Source: an uncultured Rickettsiales bacterium (GTDB taxonomy: Bacteria; Pseudomonadota; Alphaproteobacteria; Rickettsiales; SXRF01). From it: a stretch of DNA of 64,000 nt. A program made the position numbers and the translations under genes. Where the stretch lies: the NCBI GenBank assembly GCA_964535825.1, contig CAZHUC010000002.1:74671-138670 (forward strand), read 5' to 3'. The notes beneath the pieces were generated by a model that made no database searches, had not been told where the DNA came from, and saw only the letters and a list, made by a program, of their open reading frames with translations. Below are positions 36,248 through 46,029 of this stretch, in pieces. Position 1 is the first letter of the stretch; every line of letters begins with the position of its first letter.

Positions 36248-36936
36248 GCACAGCAACCGATTATACAAGACACTGGGACGAAAAATTCAAAAGTCGTGCC
36301 TGGGGTCGTTACCCGCCGGAAGATCTGGTGCGCTTCATGGGTCGTAATTTTAAGTCTGCTGATAAAAGCAAGCTACGCGTACTTGAAGTAGGTTGCGGAC
36401 CTGGAGCAAATATCTGGTTTCTCCACCGCGAGGGATATGCCGTATCTGCTATCGACGTATCGCCAACGGCGATCGATCTGCTTAGGGGCAGGCTAGATGA
36501 AGAGAATAAAGGCATCAAGAATTCCGCGCCTGACCTGAAGGTCGGCAATTTTGAAACGCTGCCATGGCAAAATGCCGAGTTCGATGTGGTGGTGGATATT
36601 TTTGCGCTCTATGCCAATACCAATGAAGTGATAGCAAGCGCACTCAAGGAAATTTCGCGCGTGCTGAAACCCGGCGGATTATTCTACACCAAACTCTGGG
36701 GCACAAATACCACTGGCTTCGGCACAGGCAAATCGCTGGAATCTGCAACATTCGATGACATCACCTCCGGCCCTTGCAACAATATGGGCGTGTCGCATTT
36801 CTTCGACCGCAAAGAGATCGAAGCCTTGTTCGGCAAATTCTTTACGCCGATCGCGATCGACGTGATCTCACGCAGCGATGTCGCAGCAAAACAGCATATA
36901 GAAGAATTCCACTGCCAGTTCAGAAAGGAGGCATAA
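36244..36936 (+). CDS. class I SAM-dependent methyltransferase
   Basis: Motif I is VLEVGCGPGAN. Its start overlaps the upstream stop (ATGA) and its stop overlaps the next start (TAATG). Confidence 0.8.
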   Translation: MSTATDYTRHWDEKFKSRAWGRYPPEDLVRFMGRNFKSADKSKLRVLEVGCGPGANIWFLHREGYAVSAIDVSPTAIDLLRGRLDEENKGIKNSAPDLKVGNFETLPWQNAEFDVVVDIFALYANTNEVIASALKEISRVLKPGGLFYTKLWGTNTTGFGTGKSLESATFDDITSGPCNNMGVSHFFDRKEIEALFGKFFTPIAIDVISRSDVAAKQHIEEFHCQFRKEA

Positions 36937-38102
36937 TGCCTCTGGTGTATTTTGTTACGCTCAGTCGCTCGGATTACGCAAGCCTGCGCCCTGTGATGCG
37001 TGCAGCATTGAAAGACGATGCTATCACCACAAAAATCATCGCAGGTGGCAGCCATCTTTTGCAGCGTTATGGCAACTCCATCGCACAGATACGAAAAGAT
37101 GGCCTGCCGATTCATGACACTATGGACTTCCTGCGCGAACAGGATGATACACCGCAACAAATGGCCGCGGCCTACGCCCGCGCAACCAACGAATCCGTGC
37201 GTATCTTCTCCGAAGGCAAACCGGATTATGTGTTCATTCTGGGTGATCGCTGGGAAATGCTGCCGGTCGCTGGTGCGGCATCAATGCTGCATATACCTAT
37301 CATCCATCATTCCGGCGGCGATATCACGCAAGGTTCAGCCGATAACCAGACGCGTTACGCCCTCACCTGTCTCTCACATCTGCATCTGGTCGCGCTACCA
37401 GAGCATCAGACACGCCTGCACGCTATGGGTGAAGAAGACTGGCGTATCATTACCACGGGAGAACCGGCGCTTACCGAACTTTCTGCCTATATCAGCACCG
37501 TGCCGGATATACGCAAGCTGCTTGGCCTCAAACCAAAAGAACCGTTTGTGCTGGCCACGTTCCACCCCACTTCTTTTGACACCGCACCGCCGGAAAAACA
37601 GATCGATATATTCCTTGGCGCGCTGGATGCGATCAAGGATACCATTATCCTCACCGCACCAAATCCGGATCAGGCGAGTCGGCTGTTTTTTGAAAAACTA
37701 AAAGCCTATGCCGAGAAGCACGCGCATGTGCATCTGTTCGAAAGTCTGGGAGCAGAGAAATATTATGCCGCCATGGCATCGGCGCTGTATATGATCGGCA
37801 ATTCTTCCAGCGGGCTATGGGAAGCACCAAGCTTTAGGTTGCCTGTGGTCAATATCGGTGCGCGCCAGCAAGGCCGTGTGCACGGCGACAATGTGATACA
37901 CGCACCTCTGGAACTTGCTGCCATCAAGGAAGCCATCCAGAAAGCTAGGTCTGCAGAGTTCCGTAATGCCGTTTCCGGTAATAACCCCTACGCACAATCA
38001 GATACGCTGGCGCTTATCATGGATGCACTGAAGCAGCCACACGACAAGACCAAGCTGCTGGCCAAACGTTTGGTAGATCCATTACATGCACGCACTTCTT
38101 AA
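36936..38102 (+). CDS. UDP/GDP-N-acetylhexosamine 2-epimerase (hydrolysing), NeuC/LegG family
   Basis: The translation reads MPLVYFVTLSRSDYASLRPVM...ILGDRWEMLPVAGAASMLHIPIIHHSGGDITQGSADNQTR. Confidence 0.85.
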   Translation: MPLVYFVTLSRSDYASLRPVMRAALKDDAITTKIIAGGSHLLQRYGNSIAQIRKDGLPIHDTMDFLREQDDTPQQMAAAYARATNESVRIFSEGKPDYVFILGDRWEMLPVAGAASMLHIPIIHHSGGDITQGSADNQTRYALTCLSHLHLVALPEHQTRLHAMGEEDWRIITTGEPALTELSAYISTVPDIRKLLGLKPKEPFVLATFHPTSFDTAPPEKQIDIFLGALDAIKDTIILTAPNPDQASRLFFEKLKAYAEKHAHVHLFESLGAEKYYAAMASALYMIGNSSSGLWEAPSFRLPVVNIGARQQGRVHGDNVIHAPLELAAIKEAIQKARSAEFRNAVSGNNPYAQSDTLALIMDALKQPHDKTKLLAKRLVDPLHARTS

Positions 38103-39126
38103 CGCTGCTGACTGCGCTGGCTGGCGCAAAATACTTTCGCATTTTGGTGATATTGATTGCACCTATCTGCCAGAATATCATCTGGCCTATAGCCTGCGTA
38201 TCAAGCATTCCACCGCACAGCTGTGGCATTTTACATCCGGTGGTGAGCATTTCATCTATCCGTTCTTGCTCACACCGGTGATGATCGCTGAAAAACCCAC
38301 AGGTTATTATGACATCAGTGGCATCTACGGATACACGGGCCCAATGGCCACGACCGACTCCGCTGACTTCCTCAAAGCCGCATGGCAAGCATTTGATGCG
38401 TATGCCGCTGAGCAAAAGATCATCGCAGAATTCGTGCGCTTCAGCCCATTTAACAATAACCAGACCTGTGCGCATCCGGGAACAACCGTGGAAGCGAACC
38501 GCACATTAGCCGCATCATTCCTGCCGGACACGCAGGAAGAGTTGCTCAAATTGCTCGGTTCAAAAACCCGCAATATGTTGCGTAAAGCAGAAAAAGAAGG
38601 GCTTACCGCCCGGGAATTACCATTGCCTGAATACCTCCCTGCCTTCAGACAATTATATGAAGAGACCATGGGAAGGAACAACGCACCGGAATTCTTCTGG
38701 TATGATGATGCTTACTGGAAGCACATGCTGGCACTGGGAAAAGACGGCCTCAGATTATTCGGCGCATTCACGGGTGATAGTCTGGTAGCCACCTCGATGG
38801 TGGTGGTACATGGCAAGTGCGGCCTGTATCATCTGGGTGCAAGCATCATGGAATATGCACGGCTTGGGGCGGGCAATTTAAGCCTGTTTGCCATGTCCTG
38901 CGCGCTGATGGAAAGCGGCGTCAAATTTATCAATATGACGGGCGGACGCAGCACGGCAGCCGATGACCCCCTGCTTCTTTTCAAAAAAAGCAATGCAACC
39001 GGCACAGCAACCTTCTATATTGGCAAGCGTATCGTTGATGCAGCCGCCTATGCGCATATTGGTGACGAATGGAAGCGTCACACCGGTAGCGCACCCGATG
39101 CTGCAAAAATAATCTTCTGGAGATAG
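38086..39126 (+). CDS. FemAB-like / GNAT-fold (Acetyltransf_6-type) acyl- or aminoacyl-transferase
   Basis: The 346-aa product has the central motif GSKTRNMLRKAEKEGL and LFGAFTGDSLVATSMVVVHGKCGLYHLGAS, typical of FemAB/CelD-like proteins. The call comes from motif recall. Confidence 0.5.
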   Translation: MHALLNAADCAGWRKILSHFGDIDCTYLPEYHLAYSLRIKHSTAQLWHFTSGGEHFIYPFLLTPVMIAEKPTGYYDISGIYGYTGPMATTDSADFLKAAWQAFDAYAAEQKIIAEFVRFSPFNNNQTCAHPGTTVEANRTLAASFLPDTQEELLKLLGSKTRNMLRKAEKEGLTARELPLPEYLPAFRQLYEETMGRNNAPEFFWYDDAYWKHMLALGKDGLRLFGAFTGDSLVATSMVVVHGKCGLYHLGASIMEYARLGAGNLSLFAMSCALMESGVKFINMTGGRSTAADDPLLLFKKSNATGTATFYIGKRIVDAAAYAHIGDEWKRHTGSAPDAAKIIFWR

Positions 39127-39128
39127 CG

Positions 39129-40190
39129 ATGGATTTTGTTTCCAAACAATTTGATTTCAAGCCGGGCGAGCGCTGCGTGGTCATTGGTGAGATCGGCGTG
39201 AATCACAACAGGCAGGAAGACCTGCTGTTCAAACTGATCGATGCAGGCATCGAAGCTGGTCTTGATATCATCAAGCTGCAGCGTTTCATCTCCGAAGAAG
39301 AGATCTCCACCTACGCTGCTTCAACCGATTATCAGCAAAAAGCCGGACAAGGCGATTCTCAGCTTGAGATGGCCAAGAAACTTGAGCTACCGGATGAATG
39401 GCTTGTTAAGGCCTTCAACTATTGCAAAGAGCGCAAAGTAGGATTCCTGTGCACTGCATTCGAACATAGCAGCGTTGATTTCCTTGCTGACAAACTTGGT
39501 GTGACCACGGTGAAAGTGCCATCGCCGGAAATTTCCAACAAGCCCCTGCTTGAGCATATGGCAAAGCGTTTCAAGGGCCTGCTTATCTCCACCGGCGCAA
39601 GCGATATGGATGAAGTAGTGCGCGCGCTGGAGTGGGTAAAGCCATACAAGCGTGAACTGGCACTCATGCATTGCCTGTCTGAATATCCTGCGCCTATCGC
39701 ACAGGCGAACCTCAAAGCCATCATCACCATGCGTGATAAGTTCGGCCTGCCAGTTGGTTATTCAGACCATACCGAAGGTCATGTAGCTGCGGTTGTTTCC
39801 GCTGGCCTAGGTGCAGCAATGATCGAGAAACATTACACGCTGGATAAGAATCTTCCAGGGCCAGATCATAAAGCATCTGTTGATATTCCTGAGCTTAAAG
39901 CACTGGTGAATGCCGTGCGCGATGCCAGTGCCTCACTGGGTGATGGCGTGAAAAAACCTGTTGCCGCAGAAGCTGCGAACCGCCCGCTTATCCGTAAGAG
40001 CGTGGTGTGCGCCGTGCCATCTCTTAAAGCAGGAACAAAAATTACTGCAGATATGCTCGGTGTTAAACGCCCATGGACACAAGGTGCGGTTGAACCATTT
40101 GAAATTGATAAGATATGCGGCAAAACACTGAAGCATGACAAAGAGCATGATCAACCCATCCTTTGGAAAGACTTCGGTGATGCCGCCTAA
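39129..40190 (+). CDS. nonulosonic acid synthase (NeuB/LegI family) with C-terminal SAF domain
   Basis: The translation reads VVIGEIGVNHNR...IIKLQRF...KVPSPEISN...LMHCLSEYPAP...GYSDHTEG. Confidence 0.9.
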   Translation: MDFVSKQFDFKPGERCVVIGEIGVNHNRQEDLLFKLIDAGIEAGLDIIKLQRFISEEEISTYAASTDYQQKAGQGDSQLEMAKKLELPDEWLVKAFNYCKERKVGFLCTAFEHSSVDFLADKLGVTTVKVPSPEISNKPLLEHMAKRFKGLLISTGASDMDEVVRALEWVKPYKRELALMHCLSEYPAPIAQANLKAIITMRDKFGLPVGYSDHTEGHVAAVVSAGLGAAMIEKHYTLDKNLPGPDHKASVDIPELKALVNAVRDASASLGDGVKKPVAAEAANRPLIRKSVVCAVPSLKAGTKITADMLGVKRPWTQGAVEPFEIDKICGKTLKHDKEHDQPILWKDFGDAA

Positions 40191-41226
40191 AGTTCTCTGT
40201 ATAAGTTTAGGAAGTATCGGCAAACGCCACCTGCGCAATGCGCGCACGCTGCTGCCAGATGCGCAAATTGCTGTGTATCGCCAGCACACGCGTGACGATG
40301 ACAGCGTGCCTGAACATGCAAACATCATGCTTCGCAGCATGGATGAAGCATTATCATTCGAGCCTGATGTTGTGCTGATCTCATCGCCTGCAAGCGAGCA
40401 TATTAACAATGCCACCGCATTCGCCAAACAGAACATCCCGATGTTCATCGAGAAACCGTTGGCGGCAAACAGCAAAGGCATTGAGAGTTTTGTGCAGGCC
40501 TGCAAGGCATCCACCGGGTTCATCATGGTGGGTTATGTGCTGCGCTTCCTACCTGCCCTGCATGCTATCCGTGCCCTGATCGAAAATAATACGCTCGGCA
40601 CTGTGCACACAGCACGCATCGAAGTGGGGCAATACCTGCCGGACTGGCGGCCGGATTCTGATTACCGTGCAGGTGTGAGTGCTCAGGAAAAACTCGGCGG
40701 TGGCGCACTCTTAGAACTCAGCCATGAGATCGATTATGCCACATGGCTGTTCGGCTGGCCTAAATCACTGCAATGCAGCCGCGCTAAACTAAGCAACCTA
40801 GAGATCGATGTGGAAGACAGCGCCCACATACTCATGGAATATCCGAATAAGAATGTGTCTGTGCAGCTTGATTTCCTGCAGCGCACGGCGAATATGGCGG
40901 TGCAGATCGTTGCAGAAAAAGGCACGCTCTATGCTGACCTTATCAAAGAAGAGCTGACATTCGTAAGCCCGGAACATCCAACCGGTAAGAAACTGGATTG
41001 CGAAAAATTGCCAAACGGCAATGACATCTATCTGCGCCAGTTCGATGTGCTGTTTCACAAATCACTCAAGGGCTACACCCCGAAATATTCACACACTGCC
41101 GCATTCAGCGAGTGGGCAAATGTTGAATCTGCTGCACATGTTCTGCAGATCGTCGATCTCGCGAAAAAGGCCAGTGACACCGGCACACGCCAGAGCATAC
41201 CTTTTGTGAAAGCGAAAGCGGCATGA
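40180..41226 (+). CDS. Gfo/Idh/MocA-family oxidoreductase (PtmF-like position)
   Basis: The translation is MPPKVLCISLGSIGKRHLRNA...FIEKPLA. ATG 40180 overlaps the neuB-like 3' end by 11 nt. Confidence 0.8.
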   Translation: MPPKVLCISLGSIGKRHLRNARTLLPDAQIAVYRQHTRDDDSVPEHANIMLRSMDEALSFEPDVVLISSPASEHINNATAFAKQNIPMFIEKPLAANSKGIESFVQACKASTGFIMVGYVLRFLPALHAIRALIENNTLGTVHTARIEVGQYLPDWRPDSDYRAGVSAQEKLGGGALLELSHEIDYATWLFGWPKSLQCSRAKLSNLEIDVEDSAHILMEYPNKNVSVQLDFLQRTANMAVQIVAEKGTLYADLIKEELTFVSPEHPTGKKLDCEKLPNGNDIYLRQFDVLFHKSLKGYTPKYSHTAAFSEWANVESAAHVLQIVDLAKKASDTGTRQSIPFVKAKAA

Positions 41227-41930
41227 GCAAACATACTGCATTTATCTTTGCGCGTGGCGGTTCGAAGGGGATTCCTAAAAAGAATATTACACCAGTCGCC
41301 GGAAAACCGTTGATCGCACATAGCATACTCACTGCGCTCAAAAGTGAGTCGGTTGGGCGCATCGTTGTTTCCACCGATGACACGAAAATTGCAGACGCAG
41401 CCAAACAATTCGGCGCAGAAATATTGATGCGCCCGGCGGAACTTGCGGTAGATACCACACCGGAAATACTGGCATGGCGACACGCGATCGATAGTTTCCC
41501 GCAGCTATTTTCTGGTAGCACAGCGCAACCGTTCATCTCCCTGCCAGCCACATCGCCGCTGCGTGCGCCCCAGGATATTGACGCTGCGGTAAAGAAATTT
41601 GCCAGTGGCACATGCGATATTTTATTTGGCATCAGCCCGGCACATCGCAACCCGCACCTGAATATGGTCACCATCGATGCACAGGATCACATACACATCG
41701 CCATCAGCGGATCGAACGCTGTTCGCAGGCAGGACGTGCCGGATATGTATGATGTCACCACCTGCGTATATGTTGGACATGCCAGCTATATACAATCATG
41801 CAGCAAGCTCATGGAAGGCCGTGTAGGATACATCACCATTCCAGCCGAACGCGCGCTGGATATTGATACACACTATGATCTGCACTTAGCCGAATTGCTG
41901 ATCAACAACCCATACCACGCCAAAGAATAG
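41223..41930 (+). CDS. CMP-nonulosonic acid synthetase (acylneuraminate cytidylyltransferase family, NeuA/LegF)
   Basis: The translation reads FIFARGGSKGIPKKNITPVAGKPLIAHSI. Confidence 0.88.
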   Translation: MSKHTAFIFARGGSKGIPKKNITPVAGKPLIAHSILTALKSESVGRIVVSTDDTKIADAAKQFGAEILMRPAELAVDTTPEILAWRHAIDSFPQLFSGSTAQPFISLPATSPLRAPQDIDAAVKKFASGTCDILFGISPAHRNPHLNMVTIDAQDHIHIAISGSNAVRRQDVPDMYDVTTCVYVGHASYIQSCSKLMEGRVGYITIPAERALDIDTHYDLHLAELLINNPYHAKE

Positions 41931-41939
41931 GAATCGTAT

Positions 41940-42710
41940 ATGAGCAATTATGTAGCAGCAATCACCGGCGGTGCAGGCCATCTTGGACAGGCCGTATCCC
42001 ACAAGCTGGCAGCACGCGGTGTTGATGTGATCGTGCTTGATAAGAACACACAGGCAGGACAGGCATTCGCTGAAGCGCTCGTGAAGCAATATGGTGGCAA
42101 GCACTGTTTTATCGAAGCGGATCTCATGCAGCCTGAAACTTTCGGTAAGATCGCAAGTGATATCGAAAAACAATTCGGCCGTCTGGATTATCTGGTAAAC
42201 AACGCCGCATTCTACGATGCAACACCCGGCTGGGGCGTTCCTTTCGCTGAGGAAAGCTATGAAGCATGGCAGAAGGTCATGCGCGTAAACTTGCTCGCAC
42301 CGTTCTTTCTGGTGCAGGCACTGCATCCGCTGCTCAAAGAATCCGATGATGCATCGGTGGTGAATATCGGCTCGATTTATGGTGTGGTTGGCCCTGACCA
42401 TGGCCTGTATGAAGGCACAAAAATGACCAACCCCGCTGCCTACGCAGCAAGCAAAGGCGGGCTGCTTGCCGCATCACGCTGGCTTTCAACCGTGTTGGCA
42501 CCACAGGTGCGCGTGAACATGGTATCTCCGGGTGGTATCGAGCGCGGCCAGAATCCACAGTTCGTGGAGCGTTATAACAAGCGCACCCCACTGGGACGCA
42601 TGGCCAAAGAAGACGATGTCTCCGGTATGATCGCATTCCTGCTCTCAAAAGAAGCAGCCTATATCACTGGCCAGCACATGGTGATCGATGGCGGGTGGAC
42701 GGCATGGTAA
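41940..42710 (+). CDS. SDR-family oxidoreductase (PtmA-like position)
   Basis: TGGAGHLG, NNAA and the YAASKGG (YxxxK) motif are present. Confidence 0.85.
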   Translation: MSNYVAAITGGAGHLGQAVSHKLAARGVDVIVLDKNTQAGQAFAEALVKQYGGKHCFIEADLMQPETFGKIASDIEKQFGRLDYLVNNAAFYDATPGWGVPFAEESYEAWQKVMRVNLLAPFFLVQALHPLLKESDDASVVNIGSIYGVVGPDHGLYEGTKMTNPAAYAASKGGLLAASRWLSTVLAPQVRVNMVSPGGIERGQNPQFVERYNKRTPLGRMAKEDDVSGMIAFLLSKEAAYITGQHMVIDGGWTAW

Positions 42711-43435
42711 CCACCGCCCAGAAAAATACACTGGCCGCTTACGATGCCATTGCACCCAGCTACGCGGAATATTCCAGCACACGCCAGTCTTATCTGGATG
42801 CAGTAGACCAGCTTGTTATTGATCGGCTGAAGCCGGGCATGCGAATGCTTGATATCGGGTCAGGTGATGGCAGACGCCTAAAAAAAATTACATCGCACCA
42901 CCAGCTGACCGATGTGGTGGCTGTAGAGCCCAGTGAGCAAATGGCCGCGATCTGCAGACAGTCGACAGGATTTACCGTGCATCCCATCTGCGGTGATACG
43001 CTGGATACACTCGATGAAAAGCCATTCGACGTTATCACGGTATTGTGGAACGTGTTCGGCCATATGCCAGACTCATCCATTCGCCTTAAAACATTGCAGG
43101 GTATGGCAAAGAAACTCAAGCCAGATGGCATTGTGATGCTAGATGTCAATAACCGTCACAACCAGCTTTCTTACGGTCGCTGGAATGTGCTGAAGCGTCG
43201 TATCGTTGATGCGTGCGCCTTCAATGAAACGCGTGGCGATGCACATTATGAATGGAAGATAGGCGATAAATCATATCCCGCCTCAGGGCATCTCTTTACC
43301 CCACATGAGATCGAGAGATTATATATGCGTGCGGGATTTTATGGTGTTGAGCGCTATTCCGTGAACTACGCGACCGGCACAATCTCCACCTCGCCATTCA
43401 ACGGCCAGCTTTTTTACGTTCTGAAATTAAGCTAA
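42695..43435 (+). CDS. class I SAM-dependent methyltransferase (second copy)
   Basis: Motif I is MLDIGSGDGRR. The start may be ATG 42704. Confidence 0.8.
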   Translation: MDGMVTTAQKNTLAAYDAIAPSYAEYSSTRQSYLDAVDQLVIDRLKPGMRMLDIGSGDGRRLKKITSHHQLTDVVAVEPSEQMAAICRQSTGFTVHPICGDTLDTLDEKPFDVITVLWNVFGHMPDSSIRLKTLQGMAKKLKPDGIVMLDVNNRHNQLSYGRWNVLKRRIVDACAFNETRGDAHYEWKIGDKSYPASGHLFTPHEIERLYMRAGFYGVERYSVNYATGTISTSPFNGQLFYVLKLS

Positions 43436-44731
43436 CTACTTACCAAATACCGTGTGACGCAGTTTCCACTGCCCATTCTCATGTTTCCACAGATGTGGCG
43501 AGCGGAACTCATCACACAGCGCCATGAAGGTCTCGCGCGTCATGATGGGATTCTTGAACTTGCTCACGATCTTTTTGCCAAATTCTTTTTCATGGATTGA
43601 AAGATATTCGAACACTTCCTTCTCGAAGCGTGCGGGATATTCCCCGTCGAATTTCTTCACGAGTGCCACACCCTCATCATAGGTGATGTCACCTGAGCGT
43701 ATCTCCTGCGATGCATCGTAGGTAGCACGGCCAATGCCGAATTTGATGAAGGTAGTGTAGTAGTGGTAATCATCCACCTTGTCATCAATCGAATTATATT
43801 TTGAGTAAGTGCCTGCCGTACGCTCCGGGGCAGCCTGGAAACCGCCATGCTCCACCGCATAATAATAGGCGCTTTGCGGATGCCACTTCACATAATGGCC
43901 AAGCCAGTGCACCTCAATGCCTTTGTCGTCACACAGCTGCGGATTGATCGGCATGTAGGGTTCAAAATCTGCCTGCCGGAAGCCAAAATCCTCTTTAAGT
44001 TCCTTGAAGGATGTGCCGCCGAGATACACATCAGAATCATCCGACATGGTGAAATATTCATATTCCTTCATATCGCGGCGGGAGCTTTGGTTATTGGCAG
44101 AAGGATTGCCGTATTCCGCGCCTGATTCTCCGTAGAAGATCAGCTTGATGTTATATTGCGCTGCCATTTTCGCCGCCAGATGGCGCTGCCCGATCACGAA
44201 GGGCTGGAACGGATGCAGCAGACGCTCGGTCGCAAGCCGTGTAAGCAGGCGGTGAATGCGACCATTGGGGGTGATAAGCACATTGTCAAAACCTGCATGA
44301 ATCCATGCCTGCATGTTCTTCCAGCCCCAATCGGTATAGATATGCGGCGCCCATGTGACCGTCAGCGGGTTCATACCGTATTTGTATTTAAGCAGATGCG
44401 CCTGCATGAAGCTGTCCTTGCCGCCAGAGCCCGGCACAAGGCAATCATATGAACCATCTTTGGAGCGATGCTTATCCAGCATGTCGCGCAATTCCTTATC
44501 GCGCTCCTCCCAGTTCACTTTGGATTTCCAGTCTTTGGTGCGGCACGCATCGCAAATACCATCAACGAAAGCGATGACCGGCTTTTTCGATTCACGCGTG
44601 TGTTTTTGTTCAATGATAGAATTCGGGCGCTGGTTAGAGATCACGCACGTCTTGCAAAATTCCACCTGCTGCGGCAGGCCATAATATGCCTCGTTCGGGG
44701 CTTCGGTCTGGTATTTTGCTAAACTACTCAT
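43436..44731 (-). CDS. N-acetyl sugar amidotransferase (PP-loop; WbuX/WbpG/PseA family)
   Basis: Zn-ribbon-like CKTCVISNQRP...GICDACR and the PP-loop LVPGSGGKDS are present. ATG 44731 overlaps the upstream stop (ATGA). Confidence 0.85.
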   Translation of the reverse strand: MSSLAKYQTEAPNEAYYGLPQQVEFCKTCVISNQRPNSIIEQKHTRESKKPVIAFVDGICDACRTKDWKSKVNWEERDKELRDMLDKHRSKDGSYDCLVPGSGGKDSFMQAHLLKYKYGMNPLTVTWAPHIYTDWGWKNMQAWIHAGFDNVLITPNGRIHRLLTRLATERLLHPFQPFVIGQRHLAAKMAAQYNIKLIFYGESGAEYGNPSANNQSSRRDMKEYEYFTMSDDSDVYLGGTSFKELKEDFGFRQADFEPYMPINPQLCDDKGIEVHWLGHYVKWHPQSAYYYAVEHGGFQAAPERTAGTYSKYNSIDDKVDDYHYYTTFIKFGIGRATYDASQEIRSGDITYDEGVALVKKFDGEYPARFEKEVFEYLSIHEKEFGKKIVSKFKNPIMTRETFMALCDEFRSPHLWKHENGQWKLRHTVFGK

Positions 44732-46029
44732 TGTACACTCCACATTTTTTCTGAACCTTGTGTTCCCAGATCCAGCTTTTGTAATATTAACTGCGCGATA
44801 GACATGGCCGCAGGCGTGTCAGGAAGCACTTGTTTAATCTGATTTATGATTTTCTCAAGTTTTTTATCGTCAGACAGCGCATTTTTCAGGGTTTCCGGCA
44901 ATTCCTTGTAGCTATTTACCCCCCAGGCGATACCCATGCTGGCAAGCGGCAGGTCGGCATGGAAATTCGCATCCAGCTGCACGATGCGCTTGTGCATAAT
45001 AGCGGCTTCCAGCCCCACGGTGGTGGTGCGGGCGATCAGTACATCGATATTCCTGAGCAATTCGTGCAGGTTGCATTCCGCTGCCAGTGAGGCATCCTTT
45101 TTATTCTCCAGCCATCTGGCGTAGAACGCCCTGTCCTGCGACGGATGCGGACGAATGAGGTAATATGCCCCAGCCTGCAGGCTCGCTTTATAGCAGGCGT
45201 CCAATTCCTCGATGATCTCTGCTTCTGTTTTATTATGTGAGCATTTCTTTCCGCTATGCCAGTACGCCGGCATGTCCGCATGCAAGACAGTTTGCCTGCC
45301 GGCAGCGTTCGGGAAATGTGCCTGCATCCATGCTGCATCTTTTGTTTTTGGAATCTCCAGAATCTTATCGAACGCAGGATTTCCTGTGTAGTAGCACTGG
45401 CTTATGCTCTCATCCACCAATCCATCCTGCACGAATTTATTCTTGGCGAATGTATTGATGAAGGTAATGCTCTTTGCCTTGAGCGGGTAATCACCGAGTC
45501 CGGTGAAGAGATCCGTCATGATCAAATTCTCAATGCCGCGCTTGTTGGCAGTTTCAATGGCAGCGGCTTCGCTGCGCGGCGAGTTAGAGGTGATGACCAT
45601 ATCCGGTTTTATATCATCGAAGATACGCTCCATGATGGTAAGCGGGTAAAAGGCATGGCGCACTTTTGATTTGAAAAGGCGCGCTGCTTCCTGCTCACCC
45701 AGCCTTGTTACCAGATCTTTGTAACACAGGCCGAGATAGGCGATGGAATCCTCAAGATCAACACCAATGGTCGGTGAATGATGCGTCTTGGCCAGTTCTT
45801 TTCCCCACTCTATGGCATCAGCATCTTTTTTGGGGTCAAGGTAATCAGCAAATCCAAAACACTCCACGCCATTGGCCTGCAATGTATGCTTTGCCGCTGG
45901 CAACCCGAGCACATGTATACCCAGCTTGCCGCTTGCGTAAGACTCAGTACGACGCAACGCATGCACCACCGGATACACCATGTGTGCATGGCCGCCGCCA
46001 TAAGTAACGAACAGGAGGTTCTTCTTCAT
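44728..46029 (-). CDS. GT-B-fold protein (UDP-GlcNAc 2-epimerase/MurG-like superfamily), candidate glycosyl/nonulosonyl transferase
   Basis: MKKNLLFVTYGGGHAHMVYP is a Gly-rich N-terminal loop of Rossmann-type GT-B proteins, and the layout is two-domain. The specific family is not recognised. Confidence 0.4.
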   Translation of the reverse strand: MKKNLLFVTYGGGHAHMVYPVVHALRRTESYASGKLGIHVLGLPAAKHTLQANGVECFGFADYLDPKKDADAIEWGKELAKTHHSPTIGVDLEDSIAYLGLCYKDLVTRLGEQEAARLFKSKVRHAFYPLTIMERIFDDIKPDMVITSNSPRSEAAAIETANKRGIENLIMTDLFTGLGDYPLKAKSITFINTFAKNKFVQDGLVDESISQCYYTGNPAFDKILEIPKTKDAAWMQAHFPNAAGRQTVLHADMPAYWHSGKKCSHNKTEAEIIEELDACYKASLQAGAYYLIRPHPSQDRAFYARWLENKKDASLAAECNLHELLRNIDVLIARTTTVGLEAAIMHKRIVQLDANFHADLPLASMGIAWGVNSYKELPETLKNALSDDKKLEKIINQIKQVLPDTPAAMSIAQLILQKLDLGTQGSEKMWSVQ

